Notes: generated by a model from the letters alone, not told the origin. A stretch of DNA of 64,000 nt from Octopus vulgaris (GCA_951406725.2 OX597820.1:42098001-42162000), one strand, 5' to 3'. Positions 42,434 through 55,129 are shown, counted from the first letter of the stretch. Numbers and translations are program-made.

Positions 42434-42929
42434 TTACATGTGTGTGTATACATATCTATACGTATGTATACTTGCATGTGTGTATGTATGTATATATCTT
42501 CTAAATTTTTCTTTCAGAACATGGGTCACTACTTTCAACGGTTATGTCCGTTGTATTGAACTCATTTTATCGGAGCTTTTCTCCGAAACGCTACACCTGA
42601 TAGTGGTGGGGTGTAATCAAATCACCACTAATACTGTTAAATGGCCAAACATAAACACAATCTCACTGTGTAAAAACCACATACATACATTTATATATAC
42701 ATGCACATACATCTTGGTTAATATGAATAAACATATGCATATATGAATATATGCCCATGTATATATGCCTCTATATGCATGCACAATCACAGACTCACGT
42801 AAGCACATATACATACACATATTTAAACACACAAACACATACATATATATAGAGAGATTTATGACGTTTTTAAAACTTATACCCGCTTACACACATGGAG
42901 ATACATGTATACCTATTTATGGATATATA

Positions 42930-43020
<91 letters not shown>

Positions 43021-43022
<2 letters not shown>

Positions 43023-43099
43023 TTTATTTAAAGCAGCAGAAAATTCATCAAAACCTGTTACTCTAAGTTTCGCGTTGCCGTTCATCGTACAGTTTTTGC
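43021..43099 (-). ncRNA. ~80-bp mini-element consisting of a hammerhead-like motif (43055-43092) plus short tail, inside (TA)n
   Basis: Minus strand CTGT ACGATGA A-CG-GCAA-CG-C GAAAC T-TAG-A GTA ACAG: stem I CTGT/ACAG, stem III ACT/AGT, GUA triplet; core positions 3-4 deviate. Confidence 0.55.
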
Positions 43100-43137
<38 letters not shown>

Positions 43138-43184
43138 TACACACCCAAGTACACACACGCACATGTACATGTGTATATATATAG

Positions 43185-43331
<147 letters not shown>

Positions 43332-44039
43332 AGCATATACATGTATGTGCCTTAATTATTTCTTTCAAATATACAGGATATATAAGTAAATGTGTTTGTA
43401 TGTATGTGAATGTGTTTACACACACATATATATACTTATAAATATATAGATATATGTGCACATTCATATATACAATTATATATATACTTATATATATATA
43501 TTTGTGTGCGCATAAATTCATATGTGTATGTGCGTGTGTATATATATATGTGTGTGTGTGTGTGTGTCCATGTGTGTGTTTGCGTCTGTGCTGTTGCATG
43601 AGTGTGTGCTTGTATATGAAAGGCAATATTTATCAACAGTGTTTGTAAAAGTTAAATCGTGAAGTAAAAACATTTCTTAAGCATGTAGATGACCAGCTAT
43701 TTGAATATATATTTATTTGTGTATATTCATGCAGACACATCCTCATTCTGTTCAAAATGCAAACAAAGTGTGCGCAAATCAATTTGATAGCTACATATGT
43801 GCATGCATATATAGATATGTACGAATAGGTACATACATATATTAATATATATATATATACATATGTTTGCATGCTCCAACTTATCCATATGTATATACAT
43901 ATATATATATATATACATGCATATATATATATGCATACATATATATGTATATGTATATATATATATGGGTGGGTGGGTGTGTGTGTGTACGTGTGTGTGT
44001 GTGCTTGTGTGTATGTGTGTAAGTGTAAAGTGTTGTATG

Positions 44040-44360
44040 TGTAAAATCTAGAATTAGTGAAGCTCCCTCTTGTTTCAACTCTCAAATGCGGACTTTCGGC
44101 TGTGGTAAGCTGGAAAGACTGAAATAAAACGTTTCCCCAACTACCTTTCTCCCATCCCGGTTCGACGCCCCATTCCTGCAAAACTCCCACTTTGAACGTA
44201 AGATCATACTGTTGAGGGAATATGTATTCAGAAGAATATTTAATTAACAGATATTTCCAAATTTTATTCACTTGTTAGTTACGCCTGAAGTAACACACAC
44301 CTTAAAAGAATAATGCCATGCCCTTGGGTTGGAGTGTGCTCCACATCTTAGGTACCAGTG
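44040..44360 (+). mobile_element. possible solo LTR (TG...CA, AATAAA, PBS-like tail)
   Basis: Complex island between microsatellites starting TGTAAA, containing AATAAA, ending CCACA followed by TCTTAGGTACCAGTG; weak. Confidence 0.25.
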
Positions 44361-44680
44361 TACGCATATATATATATATAAATACATGTATGTGTATATG
44401 TGTGTGTGAATTTGTGAGTTTGTGCGCGCGCACTTCGCTGACATACACATACCCACATAATCACAGACACACATACACACACACATATACAATATATGTT
44501 TCAGGGTGTGTACATTAACACATCATATATATCTAGGTATGTGCATATCAATATACATCCACACACAGAACAATGCATATGTTTTTAAATATATTTACAC
44601 ATTTCAACTAGTAAGTGTCACAAAATTTTCTCTCTCTCTCTCTCAGTCATTCATTCTCTCTCACTATCCATTATACACCC

Positions 44681-44712
<32 letters not shown>

Positions 44713-44957
44713 ACTTACGTGTTCCCTCGCTGTCTTTCTTTCCATCTATCGCTTTCTCTTTCTGTGAAGTTATCCTTATATAAAAATCTATAGCTATCAA
44801 CCTCTCTATGTACCTAGCTATATATCTTTCATTCTATCAACCATATCTGTATATATATATATGTGTGTGTTTGTGTACATATATATACATATAAACATAT
44901 ACATGCATATACACATATTTAAACACACGAGCACACACACACATATACACACACACT

Positions 44958-44993
<36 letters not shown>

Positions 44994-45204
44994 CATACAT
45001 ACACACTTGTTTTTGTGTGTTTTTTTATGTCGTATAAAGACCTTCCACGCTGCAATTGTTTTTACTTCAGAACACGATCTCAGATAAATGTCACTTGCTA
45101 TGCAAGTACATCTCCGTAATATGTATGTGTGTGTGAGTTAAATAAAATGAGACAACAAAGCCAAGGCTGTGTAGAATTTATAGGACATTTGTAAAGAGAA
45201 AGGT

Positions 45205-45252
45205 ATTCTACAGCTGTTTCGGGGATATTAGGTATATTCCTTCCTCAGAGAC
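45205..45252 (-). ncRNA. type I hammerhead ribozyme (left arm)
   Basis: GTCT CTGAGGA A-GGAATAT-ACCTA-ATATCCC-C GAAAC AGCT GTA GAAT; palindromic stem III ACAGCTGT; 3' side of stem I mutated. Confidence 0.65.
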
Positions 45253-45702
45253 GGTATGAGAGAGTTAACTAGAGTCCAATATTAGGAGTCATTTTGGAAA
45301 AGGATGGATATAGGAAGAGTAAACGGAGATAAGAGAATGAAAATAAAAATAAAATATATGTAGGATGCTACTGTTGCAGCTCCATTATCAAAGGAAATTG
45401 CTGAGTATAATGGGTAGAACTGCTTCTCGTCCATGTCACGTAGATTCCAACAGGAGTTCTTATTTTGTTATTACAAACGAATAGTGTAGAGACATAGATT
45501 CCATTTAATCCTTAGCACATGGAATTTATGTCTCCACACTATTCATTTGTACTAAAAAGATATGAACTCCTGTCGGAAACTACAAGCAAAGACAACAAGC
45601 ATTTTCCTCTTATTTCCATTTATACTTCCTATATCTATCCTTTTCCAAAATAACTCCTTATATTGAAGTCTACTGTTTCCTTCTAGTTAACTCTCTCGTA
45701 TC

Positions 45703-45750
45703 GTCTCTGATGAAGGGATATCCCTAATATCTCAGAAACAGTTGTAAGAC
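45703..45750 (+). ncRNA. type I hammerhead ribozyme (right arm)
   Basis: GTCT CTGATGA A-GGGATAT-CCCTA-ATATCTC-A GAAAC AGTT GTA AGAC: stem I GTCT/AGAC, intact core, 7-bp stem II, GUA triplet; the 10.1-11.1 pair is non-canonical. Confidence 0.75.
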
Positions 45751-47240
45751 TACCTTTCTCTTTATAAATATGTTTGGCGTTGTTATCTCATTTTATTCAC
45801 CATAGACATGCTCACACAAAATCCACATTATACTCCTCACTGGTATTATTATCAAACCGAAAGTCTAACTACGACCATCCTGTAGCACTTACATAGCCTT
45901 ACCTGCCATCTTCAGTCTTCTGGATACCAATATTATGTTTGAGGTGCTAAACTATTTGATAAACATGAGCATTATCGTGTAGTTCTGAATTTTGCTTCAT
46001 AGGTATGTGTGACTCTAGATTTAAAGCCGCTTCGCGTGACTTTGAGCAAAACCTTTGTGCCATTACGTCTGCTCTTTGAGGAGAATTTAGTAGATAGTGG
46101 AGCCTCGTTGTACATGCTTGTGAATGAATATTTAAAATAAAGGAAAAGAATTTACTATTCTACACGAAAAAATCTAAAGCTTTCGACAGAGATGAAATAA
46201 ATACAAAACAGAAATAAATACTGGGATTCGCATATTCAAATTAAAATGCTTTCATTTGATACATCAATGATTAAAAGCGTGTACTGATTTACTTGATCTG
46301 TAAGAAATGGCGGTCCAATGCTCTCCAAGACTTACTCAGCTGTCATAATAATAATTTTTTCGCAGAATCCACTACAAGAGGGGAAGATCAAGCTCGGATG
46401 CTGTTAATCATAGGTCTGCTCAAACAGGATACAGTAGGTAGCATATATAGTTGGTGAATCATTATCTGAGTATATTAATGTATGTATTTATCCAACCCAA
46501 TTAATCATCCACCACATTTCTATACGTCTAAAGTTGTATGCCATTAAATTTCGAATAAATTCATCATGGTAGTCAGTACCGGTTATTATGCAGACAGGCA
46601 CTTGCCTGGTTATGTAATGTTTTAGACATCTGGTAAATATCAGAATATGTCATTATGTAGTCGGCCATTCTAGCTATCGAATTTAATAGCCTGTCAGTTC
46701 AGAAACAACTATACTACTAATTATGTAACTTCAGATCTACTCGCATAACACGTATAAATCATGTCACGAAACGGAGGTAATTTTTGTGTCACACATTTCA
46801 ACAAGCCTTCTGGAAAGATTTGTCAGAAATATGTTGGGAGGAAAGATCGAATAAAGAAAACATTTAGTATTCATGCTTTTTTGATACGGAGTCATAGCAT
46901 AGAGATGGTCGAATAGAATATTCAAATTTTATAGGAAATCTCTAGAATATGCTGTCAATTAAGCAAATTTAAATAGATAATCAACGGTGTTGATAAGATA
47001 GCATTGTTGTGGTCGACTTCATCAACTAACCCCTTCCCTCGAGAATCTGGCTTTGTGAAAATGCTTGGCGGCATTTCATACACGTTTCCTTTCTGAGATC
47101 ATATTCGGATGAAGTTTTCTTTGTCTTTCATCCTTTTGAGTGGATAAATGAGAAATAGTCAAGCGCTAGATTCGTTGTAATCAATTAGCCCATACACCCA
47201 AAATTTCAGGTATTAACTTGTGCCCATGATAAAAAGGATT

Positions 47241-48360
47241 GTTGTTGTTATTATATACTTTTAATGTGTATGTCTATTACAATCACTTGCTGAGACACCC
47301 AGCGTCCTAGGGCGAGTGAACCATAACAGATGTTACGTATGACTGAAAGTTTGGGCAGGGTAAGTGGCAAGGGCAGCTATGAACTATCTACATGTAATAC
47401 AACACAGACATTTAAATGGATAGTTTTTTTCTAAAGATGTAGGCAGTACTTGTCAGCACAATCTTCTGGATTTCTCTGTGACAGAGCTCTCCTAGGATCT
47501 TATCTAGTTGTTTCCGACATCCATTTCTTATCATACCTAAGGCATTCACTATAACAGAAATGGTTTTCGTTTTAAGATGCCACATTTTTTTGTATTTCAG
47601 TTTCCAGGTCCTTATATTTACTTAATTTATCAAATTCCTTAACAGATATATTTTTTAATCGGTGGGGACACTTACATCTACAAGTATTTCCTTCCTTGTA
47701 ATGACTATGCCTGATCAAATTGCCTGCATTGTTCTGTTGCTGTTGACTGGAAAATCCCAGATGATAGTGACGTTTTTACCTTCAACGACTGGCTCAAGAT
47801 AATGTTCATCCCAGTAAGCAGGAGTGCTGATTTTGTAGTGTCTACATATTTTCTAATCTAAATACTGTCCTACCATATCGTGGCGATTTCTGTGTTCGTT
47901 TGGTGTCAGAACAGGACATCCCGAGACGAGATGGCCAATTGTTTCATCAAATGTATCGCAGAATCTGCATTTAGGGTAGAGCCGTTTTGAAGAACGTTAG
48001 CCTGTTAGCTTTTAGTAAGCAAGCTTTGGTTCTGTGCTGCTAATATGAAACTCTCAATCTCTGGATTCAATCCTGACCTTCTTAGCCACTGATGGGTTGT
48101 TGCTTGACCTACATCAGTATTGCGGCTACGAAGTATATACTGTCCCTGCAACCGCTTCTGGCTCCACCGCTCCAATTTGTTTCTGCCCGTTCTTTTTGGC
48201 GGTCTGTTTGATCCGTATTGCTTGTTTAGTGATAGTGGTTTAAGGTTCTTTATCTAATTCCGTATGCTGTCAGGTCCGTCTTCCAATTCGCTAGTCTACA
48301 TGTTCTTCAGCCATTTCCCCTTAAACATTAGTACTTTCATGAAGGGCGTACTCTGTATAT
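47241..48360 (-). mobile_element. Dong/R4-clade non-LTR retrotransposon 3' fragment (CCHC knuckle + restriction-like endonuclease), pseudogenised
   Basis: Minus frames: LQGQY..THQWLRRSGLNPEIESFILAAQNQSLLT..C.FCDTFDETIGHLVSGCPVL..RHDMVGQY..VTIIWDFPV...MWHLKTKTISVIVNALGMI..EIQKIVLTSTAYIFRK; ends in a TAA/CAA tail. Confidence 0.85.
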
Positions 48361-50560
48361 CATTACTCAACTGCTTACGACTGTTGAAAATCGTTGCAGT
48401 GCAGATCATCTTGCATATAAGCTTTAAACGAACTTAGTTGTTTGTCATCTTTCGTGAAATGCTTTATCATTATTGTTGCTGTTGCTGCTGTTATTGATTT
48501 TCTCTTCGTCGTCGTCGTCGGTTTTATTTATCTTATTATTATTAACGATTAATTAAAAGCCACACAAATCTGCTAGTCTTTTTCACACTAGTTAACATTT
48601 CCCAACTAGTTAACCCCAAAGCACCAGTCTGGACATCAACAAGTAGCATTTAGTCATCCGAATCGTATTAAGATTGAGTATTCTGTAGGACATTAGATGG
48701 GAACCACCTACGTTGTTAACAATTCAAAGTGGTCGGCTACAAACCACGAATTTGTGATTAGTGCGGTCAACCTTGATAGATTACGCAGGCTGGGGCCCCC
48801 AGTTACTGGAAGCTGAACTTGTCATTCCCAGCACGTCAGGTTTACAGAGCGCATTAACAAATCGGGCAGGGTTTGAGTGGGAAACTTTCAAGAGCCAATG
48901 GTGGTACACTTGAAAGGAAAAGGGGCTATTAGATTACAGTCGATACAGCTTCTTAATGAAATATTATTGGGAGAGTGTAGACTGAAATAAGATTAATATT
49001 TGTGTATGGATGTGGATGTGTGTGATGAGATAGAAAATGAGAGAAATATAAATAGAAAGAGACAAAAGTATTATATAGCAGAATCACAATGCGAATAAAC
49101 TCTGATTATCGACATGTAGCTTCGTGTTTAACACAGAAGCTGAAATACATGTGACACTTTTCACTTAAATTTTCTCTATACTGTCATAGTGATTTTCCGT
49201 TGCCTATAAATATAAACTATGGTGCCCGATTGACCGATTCTTGCCGTTATCGGTTTGTGAGACAAGTAATTTATTTTGAGCAGTAACCTATTTCATTTGG
49301 CATCAAGTCAGATTACCGAATTGGAGTTCTGTGATTTTTAATATGGCTATTTTTATCTAATGATAGAAAGTCTATAGAACTGATACACTAATAAATTCGT
49401 CTAGGTACTTGTTTAATCCATTTTTATTTCAACACGCATGTAAATTAAATAATAAAGAAAAAGTTCTTAAATTATCTCACTAAATGTTTAGACGCTATTT
49501 AGTGCAGAGTTTGGATTGAACGTTCGTACCACTTCGTACCACAATATAGAAAAAAGTATCTATCTACCACTCTCCCTCTTCTGCTGTCTCTCACTCTTTA
49601 TTTCCCTCCCCCTCTCTCTCTTTCGCTCTGTATACTCACTCACACACACATACACACGTGCGCACGCACAGACGCATACGCACACACAAACACACGCACA
49701 CACAAACACACGCACACACCTGTTTTCGACGGATTCTAACTCACCGTTACTGTACAACATTTTCCAGGAATAATTAATAAAAGGTTGAACTATATAACAG
49801 AATTATGTGTATGACGTTATGTGTTATGTGGACCATTCATTTTGAGAAAAAAAGAAGGGAATTAGTAAATTCTTACACACTTGATTAATTTCCAACTACA
49901 AAATGATAAAATAACAAACTTACCAGGTAATGGATCTGCGATACCCTCAAAGTTGAATGTCCTTTTAAAACAGAATTACGCATTTAATCATCCATGAACA
50001 CTAATTTTCATAAATAATCGGATTTGTGTATTTTACTCATGAAATATCACAACTTGCATGTAAGTGAATATATCACACTCTACTATAAAACTCGATTAGT
50101 GAGTCATATGTTAAAATTGTAAAATAAGCTTATCACTATGATTCACAATGTTCAGGAATATTTTGCTTATATATTATGATGTTGCCCGCGTAATTACATA
50201 ATCTGAAGTTTGGATTAAAAGTCAGATTCTGATGAATTATACAGCTTACATCGCGCACAGCTGTGAGGAAACCTGTAAACATTTGGAAAAGTCAAGAAAA
50301 CGGAATACTCGAATAAAAGAATGTTATAATTTCGGTATTCACCGGCCGATGAAAACAAACCATCTAAAAAGTGCATACCATGAGAATTAATAATCAGGGA
50401 ACAAGACCTGTAATTTCAGCATTAATTCATCATAAATGTTTTCCTTCACCTGGATCTCAGATTGCACATCTGCCGGACATCTTATTCATATCTGCTGGGC
50501 TGCTGATCGCTAGAAGAGTGCATGACATATGTTCCATGTATGTATATATGTATGTATGTA

Positions 50561-50737
50561 GTAAATCAAGGTAAAAAAAAAAAACGAAGAACAAACGCAA
50601 GGGAAAACAACGCGAGGACGTGGTACATGCAAAGTATTAGCAGACGCTCAGGGAAAGAGAGGTAGTTTTTACGTTTCGAGCAAGGCCCTTCGTCAGAAAC
50701 AGGAGACGGAGGAAAGTCCAAGAGAAAAGGAAGACAA
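50561..50737 (-). mobile_element. Penelope pseudo-LTR fragment flanked by a ~100-bp direct duplication
   Basis: Carries the HHR at 50665-50700 and the CCCTGAGCGTC..CTAATAC tail related to the Neptune-like termini; flanks 50454-50560 and 50738-50845 are direct repeats. Confidence 0.75.
50665..50700 (-). ncRNA. minimal type I hammerhead ribozyme (Penelope type)
   Basis: GTTT CTGACGA A-GGGC-CTT-GCTC GAAAC GTA AAAAC: canonical core, stem I, stem II, loop-less palindromic stem III (AC/GT), typical of PLE minimal HHRs. Confidence 0.8.
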
Positions 50738-51168
50738 ATCTCTGATTGTACATCTGCAGGACATCTGATTCATATCTACTGGGCAGCTGACCGCTACAAG
50801 AGTGCATGCCTTTTGGTCCATGTATGTATGTATGTATGTATGTATGTATGTATGTATGTTTGAATGTATTTAATTATGTATTTAATGCAGTTAGTTATAT
50901 TTAAATCAAACGTTGCTTACTTATATATATATCTAAGGAGAAATACGTATATATTTTAAAATAATTCGTAATACATAAAAAAAATAGCATTCTCATATTC
51001 ACAAGAATATATTACACGCACACGCACACATACACATACGCACATACACACACATAGACATCCACATTGATTTATAAAAATGTGGCTCGTTTCATCTTTC
51101 ACTTACAATATGGGTTTAAAAAAAAAGTGACTTTACTAGAAGGAGTGCTTTTAGTATTGTGTTGTTAC

Positions 51169-51204
51169 ATTCCAAGCAAGTGTATTGATACACTTGCTTG
51201 GAAT
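51169..51204. repeat. perfect 17-bp inverted repeat with 2-nt spacer
   Basis: ATTCCAAGCAAGTGTAT-TG-ATACACTTGCTTGGAAT. Confidence 0.95.
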
Positions 51205-51230
51205 TATTATACATACATATATACATAAAA

Positions 51231-51570
51231 GGGCACCCCGTCAGTTACGACGACTAGGGTTCCATTTGATCTGATAACGGGACAGCCTGCTCGTGAAGGT
51301 AACGTGCAAGTGGCTGAGCACTTCACAGACACGTGAATCCATAACTTACTTCTCGGGGAGATTCAGCATGACACAGAATGTAACAATTGTGGCTCTTTGA
51401 ATTACAGGTACAGCTCATTTTCCCAGTTGTCTGGACGAGAGCAACGTGAAATAAAGTGTCTTCTTCAAAGACACGTCGTACTACCTTGAATCGAACTCAT
51501 AGAACGTGTTGCCTGGAATTGAACTTACAATCGTGAGACGATTACCCTAACCACAAAACCACGTCCCCTC
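51231..51570 (-). mobile_element. tRNA-derived SINE, third family
   Basis: Collinear with 28249-28567. Confidence 0.8.
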
Positions 51571-52596
51571 AACTATGAGCTTACACACACACACACATCC
51601 AAACTTACCTACATACCCGTACACACACATAAGTGAGAGTGTGTTCAAGTGTATTTAAGTGTGTATATACATACGTGTACGTTGTACCAGTAGAATGATA
51701 ATAATGAAATTGAATAAAATGAAGATAAAAAATGACAGAAATACAGAAACAAAGATAGAACGGAAGAAATAAAGAAAGAAAATAGAGAGAGCGAATTAAT
51801 CCTGTGAAGCGAAAAGGAATACTGAAAAATTATTAAAGGGAAGGAAAAAGAATGACTAAAAATTTTTCTCATTTAATGACCAGTTAGCTTTGACAATAAA
51901 TGTAGCAGAATGAATATTGTAAAAACTGGCAATGGGAGTTCCTTGAAGCCAATATGCGTTTTCGACAAAGTATTGTGTCTAGTTTTGATATTCACTAATG
52001 TTTGCTAAATATAACAGTTCATTCCATATTTGAAATATTAGATAGAGTAATTGCGAGATGGGTTTTTACTATACGGTTAATTAGATCTACAGTTAGTGCA
52101 GTTTCTAATATTAATTATTCAGGTTGAGACGTTACTAATAGTGATAAATCTGAAGTGGTATTTGCAAATGAAGGGTGGACAGGCAAAGAAGAAAAACGGT
52201 TTCATACACATAGAAGAGATGACTAACGATGGTTATTCTCGTTGATTTAGCAATTAATGTATTCCTTTAGTCATTTTCAAAAGATATGCGAAAATTGTAT
52301 GAAATTCTGAAGATTTTAAAGCAGTAAACATTAATGAATGAAAATATTATAAATCCGTCATTTTTCTATCGGTTGCTGTTAAATGCAGAAGAAATACATA
52401 ATAGTATTTGTATCTGCGCAGCTGGTTTTATATAAAGATATCAACAAGGATGACAGTAAATATAAAAGGTCAAATATATGAATGGCTACAGTTGAAAAAT
52501 TAAATGCTTCATGTACACATACACGCACAAACACACACATACACATAAATATAATATATATCGACACACACACACATGATACATGCACACATACAC

Positions 52597-52705
<109 letters not shown>

Positions 52706-52873
52706 TATATGTATGTATAATATGCGTATATATATATAATCCAATGAAAAGAAGACGAAGAAAATTCTTTAACACATCTTTAATCATAACTTGCAAATGT
52801 TTCCGTACCATCTCCATTCGCAACGCCATTTTACGCGAAAATTATAAAAGAAAAATTACGTAATAGGCATATA

Positions 52874-53298
52874 GGCGTAGGAGTGGCTGTGTGATAAGTA
52901 GCTTGCTTACCAACCACATGGTTCCAGGTTCAGTCCCACTGCGTGGTACCTTGGGCAAATGTCATCTACTAGAGCCTCGGGCCGACCAAAGCCTTGTGAG
53001 TAGATTTGGTAGACGGAAACTGAAAGAAGCCTGTCGTTTATATGTATAAATATATATGTATGTATGTGTGTGTGTGTGTGTGTAAATGTTTGTGTGTCTA
53101 TGTTTGTCCTCCAAACATCGCTTGACAACCGATGCTGGTGTGTTTATGTCCCCGTAACTTAGCGGTTCGGCAAAAGAGACCGATAGAATAGGTACTAGGC
53201 TTACAAAGAATAAATCCTGGGGTCGATTTGCTCGACTAAAGGCGGTGCTCCAGCATGGCCACGGTCAAATGACTGAAACAAGTAAAAGAGTAAACGAG
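52874..53298 (+). mobile_element. full-length tRNA-derived CORE-type SINE with internal (TA)/(TG) microsatellite
   Basis: A-box-like GTGGCTGTGTGATAAG, B-box-like GGTTCAGTCCC, CORE-like ACCTTGGGCAA.TGTC, tail GACTGAAACAAGTAAAAGAGTAAA; eight or so copies in the window. Confidence 0.88.
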
Positions 53299-53494
53299 TT
53301 ATATTTGTAGTTTTAAGCATTGAAGAGGTACTTCTTCATATTTGTTTTTACATTGTGCGTCTATCAGATCTTGTTGTTAGGAAAGTATTGGGAGGAAATA
53401 AGAACGAAAAAAATTAAATGTGTGTATGCGGATGAGTTTGTGGAAAAGATATTATGTGTGGTGGCAAGAATCAAGAGGGTGGATACGCATAATG

Positions 53495-53720
53495 ATAGGA
53501 GAAAGGGAAGGAGGGGAAAGAAACCGAATAGAAGAAGGCAAAAGAGAAGTAGAAGAGAGAGAAGAAGAGTCGGAAGGAGAAGGAAATGAAGAAGAAGAAG
53601 AAGAAGAAGAAGAAGAAGAAGGAGAAGAACAAGAATGAAGAGGAGGAGGAAGATGAAGGGAGAAGAAGAAGTACAATGAGAAGAAAAAGTAGAAGAAGAA
53701 GAGGAAGAAGAAGAAGAAGA
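53495..53720. repeat. (GAA)n/(GGA)n purine-rich repeat
   Basis: Direct reading. Confidence 0.9.
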
Positions 53721-54252
53721 TACAACTGGCAATACTTCGTATAGCATAACGTTTTATCCAGTCCTATCGTGGCGGTGTATCAGCCAGTACAGCCAGGAAC
53801 ATTGTTACCAAAATTCGTCTGATGGAAGATCATGTATTTGACCACACAGCGGTATTGGTCTGCGACAACTTAAAGCGAAAAGATCTTTTAAATAGATAAC
53901 AAGACAATTGTCTGGAGTCAAAAGATGAGGGTATTGATTATGTATTTGCCTAAAACCGCAAATATTACGTAATTTTTCTTTTCGCGTAAATTGGCGTTGC
54001 CTATGCAGATGGTACAGAAACATTTGTAAGTTATAATTCAAGATGAGTTTAAATAATTTTCTTTGTCTTCTTTTCATTGGATTATTTACACTTCGCCAAA
54101 CCATATGACTGTATAATCGTCGGGAAATTTGGATTTTCTCCACCACAAGTATTCCAGCTTTGGCTTGGATCCCGATAGTGTTGATAGCCCAGTATTTAGG
54201 TCGAGTGCGTCTATAGAAATACCCCAACTTCACACCAAGATGACCTTAGCCA

Positions 54253-54301
<49 letters not shown>

Positions 54302-55096
54302 TTCCCTCTCTCTATATACATATACATGCATGTATATATACACATAAATATGAACAAACATATACATACACAAATATATAAAGAGGTGCAGAGGTAATTG
54401 TGTTTTTTTGGTGATTCAAAATTTGATGTTTGTTTTAAATAAAATTTCATTTAACCACACACATGTAATATAACATTTTGAAACACTGAATTTGCTCTAT
54501 TGATTTGTTCTCATGGTTTTAGTTTGGTTTTTAGTTAGTCTATTTTTTTTTCTTTCTTGTTTCATTTGAGACTATTAAATTAAAGACGATAAAAAGCAAA
54601 TTCTAACGATTTTATTTTATGAGTTGAAAACAAAAAAGCCAAGTGACGTAAAACAACTTGCACTGTCAACAAGCAACTCCATATTGGTTCCGAAAATTTC
54701 GTACTTGAATAGAGAAGCTTGCAGGAACAATGCATAAAATAGGGAGCCAAGTAGCTACAGCAACTCAAGTACTTGGGGTTTCATGCTAATGGGCCCATTA
54801 AAGTTTGCCCTGTGCATTTGATCTAAACTCTAAACCTGTGAACCACTTCAATTCCTCGGTTAATAATACACATTTATGTGTGTACGCAAGCTGGCGCATG
54901 TGCGCAATGTGCATTACACAAAAAATATAGCTACAGAGAAAACGGCATTTCTTCATAATATAATCGGCCCGTTAGAAATGGTAGCTAAATATACAGAAAT
55001 CATACCTGACCGTTTTAAAAGAGGTAGGATAATTGATAGCAAATTGTTAAGAACACAATTTCAATGTTTCCTACATATACTTCCTAACACAGCTAT

Positions 55097-55129
<33 letters not shown>

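Larger units (their letters stand above)
45141..45797. mobile_element. foldback (head-to-head inverted) Penelope-like 3' fragment with a hammerhead in each arm
   Basis: Arms are reverse-complementary from AATAAAATGAGA/TCTCATTTTATT to a central ACAAACGAATAGTGTAGAGACATAGATTCCAT/ATGGAATTTATGTCTCCACACTATTCATTTGT, with a 14-nt loop (45505-45518). The centre encodes NLCL and KRYELLS, like the PLE C-terminal C-LCL...LNKR-EL-S. Confidence 0.8.
52736..54087. repeat. ~125-bp inverted repeat pair (52736-52864 / 53962-54087)
   Basis: ATAATCCAATGAAAAGAAGAC.AAGAAAATT...AAATGTTTC.GTACCATCT...GCAACGCCA.TTTACGCGAAAA...GAAAAATTACGTAATA occurs on opposite strands. Confidence 0.85.

Noticed and set aside
52874-52950. 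tRNA gene
   Set aside because: A/B-box-like head of a multi-copy SINE with no complete cloverleaf.
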